IMG/VR virus record: IMGVR_UViG_2228664000_000024
Coordinates: 12,205-76,204 of that record
Length of the DNA: 64,000 bases
Source of the DNA: a virus
Lineage: Duplodnaviria; Heunggongvirae; Uroviricota; Caudoviricetes; Schitoviridae
Direction: 5' to 3' (one strand)
Positions 36,496-44,512 of the stretch are shown in pieces. Under the pieces are notes generated by a model. It searched no databases, was not told the origin of the DNA, and was given only the letters and a program-made list of their open reading frames with translations. The number at the start of each line of letters is the position of its first letter. Position 1 is the stretch's first letter. The translations under genes were made by a program, and so were the position numbers.

Positions 36496-37324
36496 ACTCA
36501 TCATGGGCTGCATCCTGGCAGTCGTTGCAATGACCTCGTTGACCGGCTGCTATGATCGTGTCGAACCAGGTAACGTAGGTATCATCGTCAACCGTCTGGG
36601 CGACGATAAAGGCGTTGACCAACAGGTCAAAGGCGTTGGCCGTTACTGGATCGGCTGGAACGAAGATCTGTATACGTTCCCGACGTTCAAACAAATGAAG
36701 ACCTACGACGAGAAGTTTTACTTCCAACTGTCGGACGGTACTCAAATCGGTCATCAACTGGCTATCAGCTATAAGGTCAATCCGACCAAAGTAGCGACTA
36801 TCTTCCAGACCTACCGTAAAGGTGTCGATGAAATCACTGACCAGGATCTGCGTCAGCGTATTGCCGATATCCTGAACCGTCAGGGCAACCTGATTAACAC
36901 CGACAAGTTTATTGACGGTGGTAAGTCTCGTCTGCTGGATAGCGTAGCTGATGCAGTCAAAAAAGAGATGGAACCAGTCGGTATCGACATTATGGCTATC
37001 TCCTGGGTAGGTGCGCCGGAATACCCGGACAACGTTAAGCGTGCAATCAACGCTAAAGTGGAAGCTACCCAGAAAACTCTGCAACGTGAGCAGGAAGTGC
37101 AACAGCGTATTGCTGAAGCAAACATGGCTCGTGAGCAAGCCAAAGGTGAAGCTGACGCCGTGGTACTGAAAGCAAAAGCGGAAGCTGATGCTATCAAACT
37201 GCGTGGGGATGCACTCCGTGAAAACCCTGGTGTAATGGAACTGGAAGCGATCAACAAGTGGAATGGCGTACTGCCTACCACGATGATTCCGGGTGCCTCT
37301 ACACCGTTTGTACCGGTTAAGTAA
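36492..37324 (+). CDS. Lipoprotein with SPFH/band-7 (HflK/C-stomatin-like) domain
   Basis: Signal peptide plus lipobox LTGC. N-terminal VEPGNVGIIVNRLG SPFH start. C-terminal Glu/Ala-rich coiled coil (QREQEVQQRIAEANMAREQAKGEADAVVLKAKAEADAIKLRGDA). Confidence 0.65.
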
Positions 37325-37391
37325 GTCCCTAAGCCAGATTAGAAATAGTCTGGCTTGTGAATCTTATTTTTCCACAACTCAGGAATAGGCC

Positions 37392-37790
37392 ATGAAAAAA
37401 CTTATTGTTGTTGCTGTCGCTGTTCTTTCTCTGTCTGGGTGCGTCGTCAACACGCCTGCACCTGCTCCGCAGGTTACGGCTGTTGCCTCCGCCCCGGCTA
37501 AGTCGGGTGAAGTGTGGTGCTTTGCTGATGCCAAGTTTGGCAAAGAGGCTGAGCAGCATTTAGGGCTGGTTTTCCTCACTGACAACGGTAACAGCTTCTC
37601 CGTGCGTAACCGAGAAGGTAAGACGGTGGTAGTCAGTCCGGTGCTGAATATCCCGGCGTCCAATTCCATGACAGCAACCGACTCTAAAGGTCTGCTGTAC
37701 TCCAAAGGTACTCAGCGTTTCGCTGGTTTCTATGGGGTATTCCGTAATTACACAGGTGGTCAAGACTATCTGACTTTCAATTGCCGTTAA
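37392..37790 (+). CDS. Lipoprotein (132 aa), lipobox LSGC
   Basis: Signal peptide MKKLIVVAVAVLSLSGC; RBS AGGAA. Confidence 0.55.
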   Translation: MKKLIVVAVAVLSLSGCVVNTPAPAPQVTAVASAPAKSGEVWCFADAKFGKEAEQHLGLVFLTDNGNSFSVRNREGKTVVVSPVLNIPASNSMTATDSKGLLYSKGTQRFAGFYGVFRNYTGGQDYLTFNCR

Positions 37791-37799
37791 GAGGTATTT

Positions 37800-38555
37800 A
37801 TGATCCTCCCAGAACAAGAAGAAGTTGCTGGCGTATTAGGCCGTGTCTTCGATGCGTATACTCGTTCCCGTGGTGTAATCCGACCTCACTTCATTCTTTC
37901 TGGTGAATCAGGATCGGGTAAGTCACACCTCATTAAAACGTTAGCCAAAGAGCGTGATATCGAGGTACTCGAAGTCAATGCTGCTGGCTTAACCAAAGAA
38001 GGTGTATCCGGTAACTCATTATCGAAAGCCTTAACTCCCCTGCGTAACATGAATGCTACTGGTGGCATCGTTATCTTCGTGGATGAGTTCGACAAGCTGT
38101 TTACCAACGGCGTAGGCGGTGATACCCATGAAGCCCTTGCTGGTGTTCAGAATGAATTTCTGACCATGCTGGAGAGCGATACAGCCAGCGTATTTGGCGA
38201 CTACGGTAAGTATGAAAAAGTTAACGTCGGTCAGACGCTTTTCGTGTTCGCCGGGGCTTTTAATGGTGAAGCCAACCTCACCCATGAACGTATGCGTGAA
38301 ATGGGTGTACGCACAGAATTCCTGGGGCGTGTAGCATTGCACTTCAGCACTACCCGTCCATCGCTTCAATCACTCCTGGATCTCGTCCCACAGAACATTC
38401 TTCTGATGGAATATCTGAAAGCTTTCAGTAAGCAAAACCAGAAGAAGAAGATCATCAATGAAATTCAGGCTCAAATTAAGATGGCCTACAAGAAGAATGC
38501 CATTGGCGTTCGTATCGTAAGTCAACTCGTCCATCAATACTTTTTACAGGTGTAA
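37800..38555 (+). CDS. AAA-type ATPase (251 aa)
   Basis: Walker A GESGSGKSH; Walker B VIFVDEFD. Confidence 0.65.
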   Translation: MILPEQEEVAGVLGRVFDAYTRSRGVIRPHFILSGESGSGKSHLIKTLAKERDIEVLEVNAAGLTKEGVSGNSLSKALTPLRNMNATGGIVIFVDEFDKLFTNGVGGDTHEALAGVQNEFLTMLESDTASVFGDYGKYEKVNVGQTLFVFAGAFNGEANLTHERMREMGVRTEFLGRVALHFSTTRPSLQSLLDLVPQNILLMEYLKAFSKQNQKKKIINEIQAQIKMAYKKNAIGVRIVSQLVHQYFLQV

Positions 38556-38560
38556 ATAAA

Positions 38561-39595
38561 ATGGCTGTCGAAACCCTTATCGCTGATGTAATCCCATTCG
38601 TTAAACGTGTTATCACCAAGCGCCTGGTTCCAATGATCCACGGTAGCCCGGCTATTGGTAAATCCGATATCGTCAAACAGATTGCGGCTGAAGCAAAACT
38701 GTTCGTTATCGATATCCGTCTGTCTATGTATGACCCGGCTGACCTTAATGGTCTGCCATTCCGTACAGAAAAGAACGGGCGTCAATTGGCAGAGTATCTG
38801 CCTTTCGGTGTCTTCCCTACCGAAGACACACCGATCCCAGAAGGTTATAAAGGCTGGCTCATCTTCATGGATGAACTGCCGTCAGCAGTCCCTGCTGTTC
38901 AGGCGGCTGCTTTTAAACTGATCCTGGATCGTGAAGTAGGTCAGCACAAGCTGCACCCAATGGCCTTCATGGTTGCCGCAGGTAACACTGAAGACGATGG
39001 TGCAATTGTTAACCCACTGCCGACTCCGTTGCAGTCACGTATGATCAACTTCAAGGTTAAACCAGAACTGAAATCGTTCCTGGCTTATGCCCTGAAGCAC
39101 GGTCTGGACTACCGCATCGCTGCGTTCCTCGAATTTAAACCAGAGTATCTGTATAAGTTCGACCCGAACCACGATGACCTGACTTACTCCTCACCTCGTA
39201 CTTTGATGTTCCTGTCAAAGTTAATCAACGGTGAAACGGTCACTCGTGACGATCTGGCGCTGGTTGCCGGTACTATCGGACAGGCTGCTGCGAATGAGTT
39301 TATCAGCTTTGTTAAGCTGTATGACGAAATCGCTAAGATCTCCGATATCGTCGCCAACCCAATGACGGCGAAGTGTCCAACCAACAACCCATCCCTGTGC
39401 TTTGCAATGGCTGGTTCATTGTCTCAGCACGCAACCAAAAAGAATCTGCCTGCCTTCATTCAGTACGCTGAACGAATGGATATGGAATACCAGATCATTA
39501 CCCTGCGCCAAATTCTCGGTCGTCATCCTGACCTCATGGACGAAGAGTGCATGGAAGAGTGGATCAACAAATATTCTTCCGAAATCTGGAACTAA
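38561..39595 (+). CDS. AAA+ ATPase, MoxR-like (344 aa)
   Basis: Walker A GSPAIGKSD; Walker B LIFMDELPS. Confidence 0.65.
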   Translation: MAVETLIADVIPFVKRVITKRLVPMIHGSPAIGKSDIVKQIAAEAKLFVIDIRLSMYDPADLNGLPFRTEKNGRQLAEYLPFGVFPTEDTPIPEGYKGWLIFMDELPSAVPAVQAAAFKLILDREVGQHKLHPMAFMVAAGNTEDDGAIVNPLPTPLQSRMINFKVKPELKSFLAYALKHGLDYRIAAFLEFKPEYLYKFDPNHDDLTYSSPRTLMFLSKLINGETVTRDDLALVAGTIGQAAANEFISFVKLYDEIAKISDIVANPMTAKCPTNNPSLCFAMAGSLSQHATKKNLPAFIQYAERMDMEYQIITLRQILGRHPDLMDEECMEEWINKYSSEIWN

Positions 39596-39600
39596 ACCCT

Positions 39601-39620
39601 GGGGCTTCGGCCCCACTTTT
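39601..39620 (+). terminator. Hairpin GGGGC-ttcg-GCCCC plus ACTTTT (weak terminator)
   Basis: UUCG tetraloop, short U-tract. Confidence 0.45.
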
Positions 39621-39633
39621 AACTGGAGTATTC

Positions 39634-40146
39634 ATGCAATACAGCAAATTATCACCTGAACTGAAAGATCTGGTACGTCACATGATGATTGTCCAGATGA
39701 AGACCAATGATGGTCTGATCTCCGCTGGAGATGTACGTAATATCCTGGACGCTGTAAGCGTACTGGTTAACCCAGAGGCTGGCTCTGTAGGGGAAATGAA
39801 AGTTGACCCGGCTAAGCCAGAAAGCGAAGAGACTGCTTTCCAGTATCAACGTGACCCAGAAATATCAGACGATGCTATCGATGCACTGTTATTCGCCCTG
39901 TTCGGCGCTGGTCTGACTCAGGCTGCTGAGTCCGTGGTTGATAAAGTGGAAACGTCCAAACCACGTTGGAAAGTAACTGCCACCTCTGGTGACATTACCC
40001 TGTGGGTAAATGTTGATCAGCCACAAAAATACATTGCCGTAGGGCGTGGTAAGAAGCTCGGCTTCGAACTGCCTGAAGGCGGTAATCTGCCACCAGCAGA
40101 ACTGGTAGCCCACATGCTGGACATGTTTGGCGAAGATGTAGCGTAA
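39634..40146 (+). CDS. Hypothetical protein (170 aa)
   Basis: RBS GGAGT. Confidence 0.45.
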   Translation: MQYSKLSPELKDLVRHMMIVQMKTNDGLISAGDVRNILDAVSVLVNPEAGSVGEMKVDPAKPESEETAFQYQRDPEISDDAIDALLFALFGAGLTQAAESVVDKVETSKPRWKVTATSGDITLWVNVDQPQKYIAVGRGKKLGFELPEGGNLPPAELVAHMLDMFGEDVA

Positions 40147-40160
40147 ATAAGGAAACCAGT

Positions 40161-40742
40161 ATGTTTACTAAACAGCCGTGGCTTAACCCTCAAGGGCTTA
40201 TACCCACCGAACAGAAGTATAAGGATATGTACGAGCAATCGTGGCTATCCCAGTTTGAAAAGGCAGAAACAGTTCACATACTGGTTCCTTTAGCATTCTA
40301 TGAGGATGCAAAGGTGATTGCCGACAAACTGACAGAACCTAACGAATTTCGTAGTGATGTTCGTGTAGGCGATGACCTCTGTTTCCTGACTCGCAGTATA
40401 AAACCTTCCCGTCCTAACGTGTCTACAGAGCTATGCAAAGGGTTAATTCCTCACGGAACAGCCCTGTATAAAAACCAGAAAATGAAACGTGATCTAATCA
40501 CTGTTACCTGGTTTTACTGGGATTGGCAGTCTGCGTTAAAAAACCTCTTAACATCTTACGTAGAGATAGGATTACCAGAATCCATGTTACCTGAGTACAT
40601 GGCAACAGCCTCCGGTATTAGCTGGAAGGATCAGGTAGCCTATATCCATAAAATTAAAACCATTCAGTTATTAAAAGGTAACTCTGATGGACTTCCAAAA
40701 ACTACTGTCGAAAGCCCGAATTGGACTCCTGGCAAAGGATGA
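40161..40742 (+). CDS. Hypothetical protein (193 aa)
   Basis: RBS AAGGAAA. Confidence 0.45.
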   Translation: MFTKQPWLNPQGLIPTEQKYKDMYEQSWLSQFEKAETVHILVPLAFYEDAKVIADKLTEPNEFRSDVRVGDDLCFLTRSIKPSRPNVSTELCKGLIPHGTALYKNQKMKRDLITVTWFYWDWQSALKNLLTSYVEIGLPESMLPEYMATASGISWKDQVAYIHKIKTIQLLKGNSDGLPKTTVESPNWTPGKG

Positions 40743-41844
40743 GTTTGTATTCTACAGCTCAATCATTCTGGGCGTTAAACACTCCATCGATATCAAAGCA
40801 GAAACTGCTTATACCGATGGGTTGAACTGCTATTACAACCCAGAGTTCTTCGAGAAGCTTACCAAAGACGAACGTGAGTTTTTGGTAGCCCATGAAGGGC
40901 TTCACATTGCTTTAGAGCACTGTACCTCACGCTCTGCTGGTATGGATCCAGAACGCTGGAACGATGCCTGTGATTATGTAATTAACGACATTCTTATCCG
41001 TGCTGGCTTGAAAATGCCTGCCGGGGGCTTACATGATATCCAGTATCGGAACATGTCTACCCTACAGGTTTATCGTCTACTCGAAGAGAAGGATAAACAG
41101 AACGGCGGTGGTGGATCTGGTGGTAACCAGTTAGGTGGTAAGCAACTGCGTGACCTTAAAGAGCCATCAGCTAACGACCAGAAAAAGCGTGAAGAGATCA
41201 AGCAACAAGCCGAAGATCTCGTTATGCGTGGCAAAACTCTCGCTGAAATGTCTGGTGAAATGCCAGGTGAAATTGGCCCGGATCTGCAACGTATCATTGA
41301 TCGTCTGACTAAGCCTGTCATCCCGTGGCAACGTATATTACAAAGGTTCTTTAATGCTATGCAAAAAAATGATTTCACCTGGGCGCGTCCAAATCGTCGA
41401 TACATAAGCCAGGATATTTATCTACCTTCTATGCTATCACCTGCCCTGGGGCCGATTGACTTCGCCTGGGATACCTCTGGTTCAATCACCGACAAGATCT
41501 TTAACTATTTTGTTAGTGAAACCTACCATGTACTCAAACGCTTTAAACCAGAGTATGTAAACGTCATGCAATTCGATCATGTCATGCGTAGTCGTGACAA
41601 GGTTCGTAATATGCGTGATCTGTTAAAACTGGAAATGAAGGGTGGTGGTGGAACTCGTGTAGATGAAGCCATTGAGGCATTTGCTAAATCCAACTCTCAA
41701 GCACTCATTGTGCTGACGGATGGTTATGTGAATACTCACCACATCCCAGATCCAGGTAAGCCTGTAATCTGGTGCATTTACCATAACAAAGCATTCCAGC
41801 CACCTTGGGGGCAGGTAGTGCATTTCGAAATGCCGGAGGAGTGA
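40687..41844 (+). CDS. von Willebrand factor A domain protein with N-terminal HExxH metallopeptidase-like motif
   Basis: HEGLHIALEH (HExxH). MIDAS DxSGS (FAWDTSGSI). Gly-rich linker. Confidence 0.65.
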   Translation: MDFQKLLSKARIGLLAKDEFVFYSSIILGVKHSIDIKAETAYTDGLNCYYNPEFFEKLTKDEREFLVAHEGLHIALEHCTSRSAGMDPERWNDACDYVINDILIRAGLKMPAGGLHDIQYRNMSTLQVYRLLEEKDKQNGGGGSGGNQLGGKQLRDLKEPSANDQKKREEIKQQAEDLVMRGKTLAEMSGEMPGEIGPDLQRIIDRLTKPVIPWQRILQRFFNAMQKNDFTWARPNRRYISQDIYLPSMLSPALGPIDFAWDTSGSITDKIFNYFVSETYHVLKRFKPEYVNVMQFDHVMRSRDKVRNMRDLLKLEMKGGGGTRVDEAIEAFAKSNSQALIVLTDGYVNTHHIPDPGKPVIWCIYHNKAFQPPWGQVVHFEMPEE

Positions 41845-41861
41845 TCCTCTGCGGAGGAATC

Positions 41862-43190
41862 ATGTCTGATGAAATTGTATTAAACGAGGGGCAGTTAGCT
41901 TGCATTAAGCAAGTACACGGCTTCCTCAGTAGCTCAGCAGAAACCTTTATGGTTATTGATGGTGCTGGTGGTACGGGTAAAACTACGGTTGCAAAGCATA
42001 TCGTAAAGACCCTCCATGAGTATCACAAAACCAGAGCACTACTGGGCTTCAAAGATAAAACCGAACTTAAGGTGGCATTCACTGCCACCACAAACAAAGC
42101 CTGTGAAGCTCTACGCTTCGCTTTAGGCGGGCCGGGCGAAGTTGTCCAGGATGTACCAACCATCCACAGCTATCTGCGACTGATCATGGCAGAGAATCCT
42201 GATACTCTGAGGGATGAACTGACCGACTCAGATCCAAAACTACGACTCGGTAAAGTGCTGTTATTCATTGATGAGGCCAGCTATATCGATGAAGAACTGA
42301 TGGCTTACATTGAAGCCAAAGTTACTCCGGGCGAAACCAAAGTTATCTTTATGGGTGATCCTGCCCAGCTTAAAAGTGCTGGCTCCAAACGGATGCCTGT
42401 ATTTGATAACGGTACGTATCGCCGGGCTGTGCTCACCAAAGTAGAACGCTTCGACGAATCAACCCCAATTCATGAACTGGCTGTTAAGCTACGTGAACTG
42501 ATTCTGGCTGGTGACTATCGTATCCCGAAGTGTCCTATCGATGGTAAGCATATCATCTGGCTTCCACGTCCTCAGTTTGACCGCCTGATGTTAACTGACA
42601 TGAGTTCAAACGACTGGTCTTACAGCACCAGCAAATTCCTGGCTTACCGTAATAAGCGTGTTCAACAGTACAACAAAGGACTGTATGAACACATCCAGGG
42701 ATCTCGTAACTTCCGGGCAGGTGACTACGCAGTCAATAACCATTTCGTATCTGGCACTAAAGCCAGTGGCAGTATTGGTACTGATCGGATGGTCTTCATT
42801 GACGCAATGGAACCAACTGTAGAACTGGATGTGCCAGGACATTGGGTATATCTGGACGGGCAGGATAAACGTAAATTTTTCTTGCCCGATGATCACAATG
42901 CCATAGTGCGTAAGCAACATCGATACTTCCGTTTAATGGAACGCGCTGATAATGAGCACGATGCGCATGTAGCCAGAGAACACTTCAAAAAGGTAAAGAA
43001 TACCTGGATTGACCTTCGACCTATCTATAGCCAGACGGTCTATAAAGCACAGGGATCCACCTTCAGACGCGTTTTCATTGACCTGGCTGACCTTGGGTAC
43101 TGCCCAGACCCAGAACAGCGTATACGTATGTTATACGTCGCCTGTAGCCGTGCTCGTAAGCAGCTATTCCTCACTGGAGACTTCTACTGA
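41862..43190 (+). CDS. SF1 DNA helicase (Dda/RecD-like)
   Basis: Walker A GAGGTGKTT; Walker B LLFIDEAS; RBS GGAGGAA. Confidence 0.7.
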   Translation: MSDEIVLNEGQLACIKQVHGFLSSSAETFMVIDGAGGTGKTTVAKHIVKTLHEYHKTRALLGFKDKTELKVAFTATTNKACEALRFALGGPGEVVQDVPTIHSYLRLIMAENPDTLRDELTDSDPKLRLGKVLLFIDEASYIDEELMAYIEAKVTPGETKVIFMGDPAQLKSAGSKRMPVFDNGTYRRAVLTKVERFDESTPIHELAVKLRELILAGDYRIPKCPIDGKHIIWLPRPQFDRLMLTDMSSNDWSYSTSKFLAYRNKRVQQYNKGLYEHIQGSRNFRAGDYAVNNHFVSGTKASGSIGTDRMVFIDAMEPTVELDVPGHWVYLDGQDKRKFFLPDDHNAIVRKQHRYFRLMERADNEHDAHVAREHFKKVKNTWIDLRPIYSQTVYKAQGSTFRRVFIDLADLGYCPDPEQRIRMLYVACSRARKQLFLTGDFY

Positions 43191-43714
43191 TGATCAAGGA
43201 CTACTCCGCAAGGGATGTTCAGCGAATCGTCACTTACTGTCTCAACTGGCTTTACACTAAATCTGTTACTCATTTCAATGAGGAGATATTTAATATCGCT
43301 GTACAGAATCGTGAAGCCAGACAGTCCACAGTGCTGACATTCCGTTTTGGGAACGAGACTTTCAAGTATGAAAATGCTGAAATTCGTTTCCCACAAACAC
43401 TGGTTAAAGAACTCTATCCAGCCATGCACGCTACTATGGCACGCAGACGTAAGATCCTTACTGAGGAACAAGCGTATGCAAATGCAGCCATAGTAGCTGC
43501 CTGTTCTCGCTGTGAGACTGCAAGCCAGTTGTATCAGTTACTCCCGGTAAAGCTGCATGAAGCACTGCATAACATGCAGATCAGTCGGGATATCGAACCG
43601 CCCTTTGAACCGTTATCGGAAAAAGTGGTAAGTGAATTTCAAGAGAAACACGCAGTCAATCTGGACAAGATTGCACAGCGTATAACTCGTAACCTGTTGG
43701 GAATTATCCAATGA
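43190..43714 (+). CDS. Hypothetical protein (174 aa)
   Basis: ATGA overlap. Confidence 0.45.
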   Translation: MIKDYSARDVQRIVTYCLNWLYTKSVTHFNEEIFNIAVQNREARQSTVLTFRFGNETFKYENAEIRFPQTLVKELYPAMHATMARRRKILTEEQAYANAAIVAACSRCETASQLYQLLPVKLHEALHNMQISRDIEPPFEPLSEKVVSEFQEKHAVNLDKIAQRITRNLLGIIQ

Positions 43715-44076
43715 CCGAACAAACTGTAGTTAACGTAAGTTACAACAAAGACAAAACCTGGACGGTGCTGATTAAGCAACCTGATGGTACTGAGGTGAAA
43801 CAGTCACTAAAGCTGGAAGGTATGGCTCAGGTAGCTATGCTGGCTATGCTGACTCGCCTTACTGAGTTTGAAGAGAAAGCTCGTCTGTGGACTCAACCAA
43901 CCCCTGAAATGGTTCAGGCTGGTTTAGCCGAAGTGCAGCGTATGCTCGACGAGTGGGCAGAAACCGGTGTGCTCTCATACTCTGATGTTGAAGAGGTGAG
44001 TGACGACATGGCATCTGATATGGCCGTATTCATGCTACAGGCTATGGCAGGTAAACTGCCGAAGGCAGGTGAATGA
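43711..44076 (+). CDS. Hypothetical protein (121 aa)
   Basis: ATGA overlap. Confidence 0.45.
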   Translation: MTEQTVVNVSYNKDKTWTVLIKQPDGTEVKQSLKLEGMAQVAMLAMLTRLTEFEEKARLWTQPTPEMVQAGLAEVQRMLDEWAETGVLSYSDVEEVSDDMASDMAVFMLQAMAGKLPKAGE

Positions 44077-44255
44077 TGGGTGACGCTTTCGTTGATAAAC
44101 TCTGTCGATATCGTATCGCTCTCATACCTCAGTATGAAGGCGGCTGGCAAGCAGATATGTACGGTGAACATGAATATGTTATTCATGCAGCTACCGGCCA
44201 ATCCCCACAGGAAGCTGTAGATAAAGTCATTGAACTTTATAAGGCAGGTGAATAA
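44073..44255 (+). CDS. Small hypothetical protein (60 aa)
   Basis: RBS AGGTG; ATGA overlap. Confidence 0.4.
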   Translation: MMGDAFVDKLCRYRIALIPQYEGGWQADMYGEHEYVIHAATGQSPQEAVDKVIELYKAGE

Positions 44256-44443
44256 TGCCAAAAGCCGACTGCCAGCACATGACCCACTTCGTCCTGACTC
44301 TTGAGCTTTCGCCTAATGAGTTAGATCGTTTGCGGAGCATGATGCAGAATCCGTTAAACGGGAATACCCCGGATACGGAACCATCAGACGAGCGAGCCAT
44401 TCGCCGTGCCATCTTCGATGCGTGTGCCAAGCACCGCACCTAA
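44255..44443 (+). CDS. Small hypothetical protein (62 aa)
   Basis: RBS AGGTG. Confidence 0.4.
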   Translation: MPKADCQHMTHFVLTLELSPNELDRLRSMMQNPLNGNTPDTEPSDERAIRRAIFDACAKHRT

Positions 44444-44450
44444 TAAAATA

Positions 44451-44478
44451 AGCCAGATTTATTCTGGCTTTTTCTTTT
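44451..44478 (+). terminator. Intrinsic terminator AGCCAGA-tttat-TCTGGCT plus TTTTTCTTTT
   Basis: 7-bp stem plus U-tract. Confidence 0.7.
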
Positions 44479-44512
44479 AAAAGTCTTTGTAAATCTTACT
44501 TGAGGAATTCAA

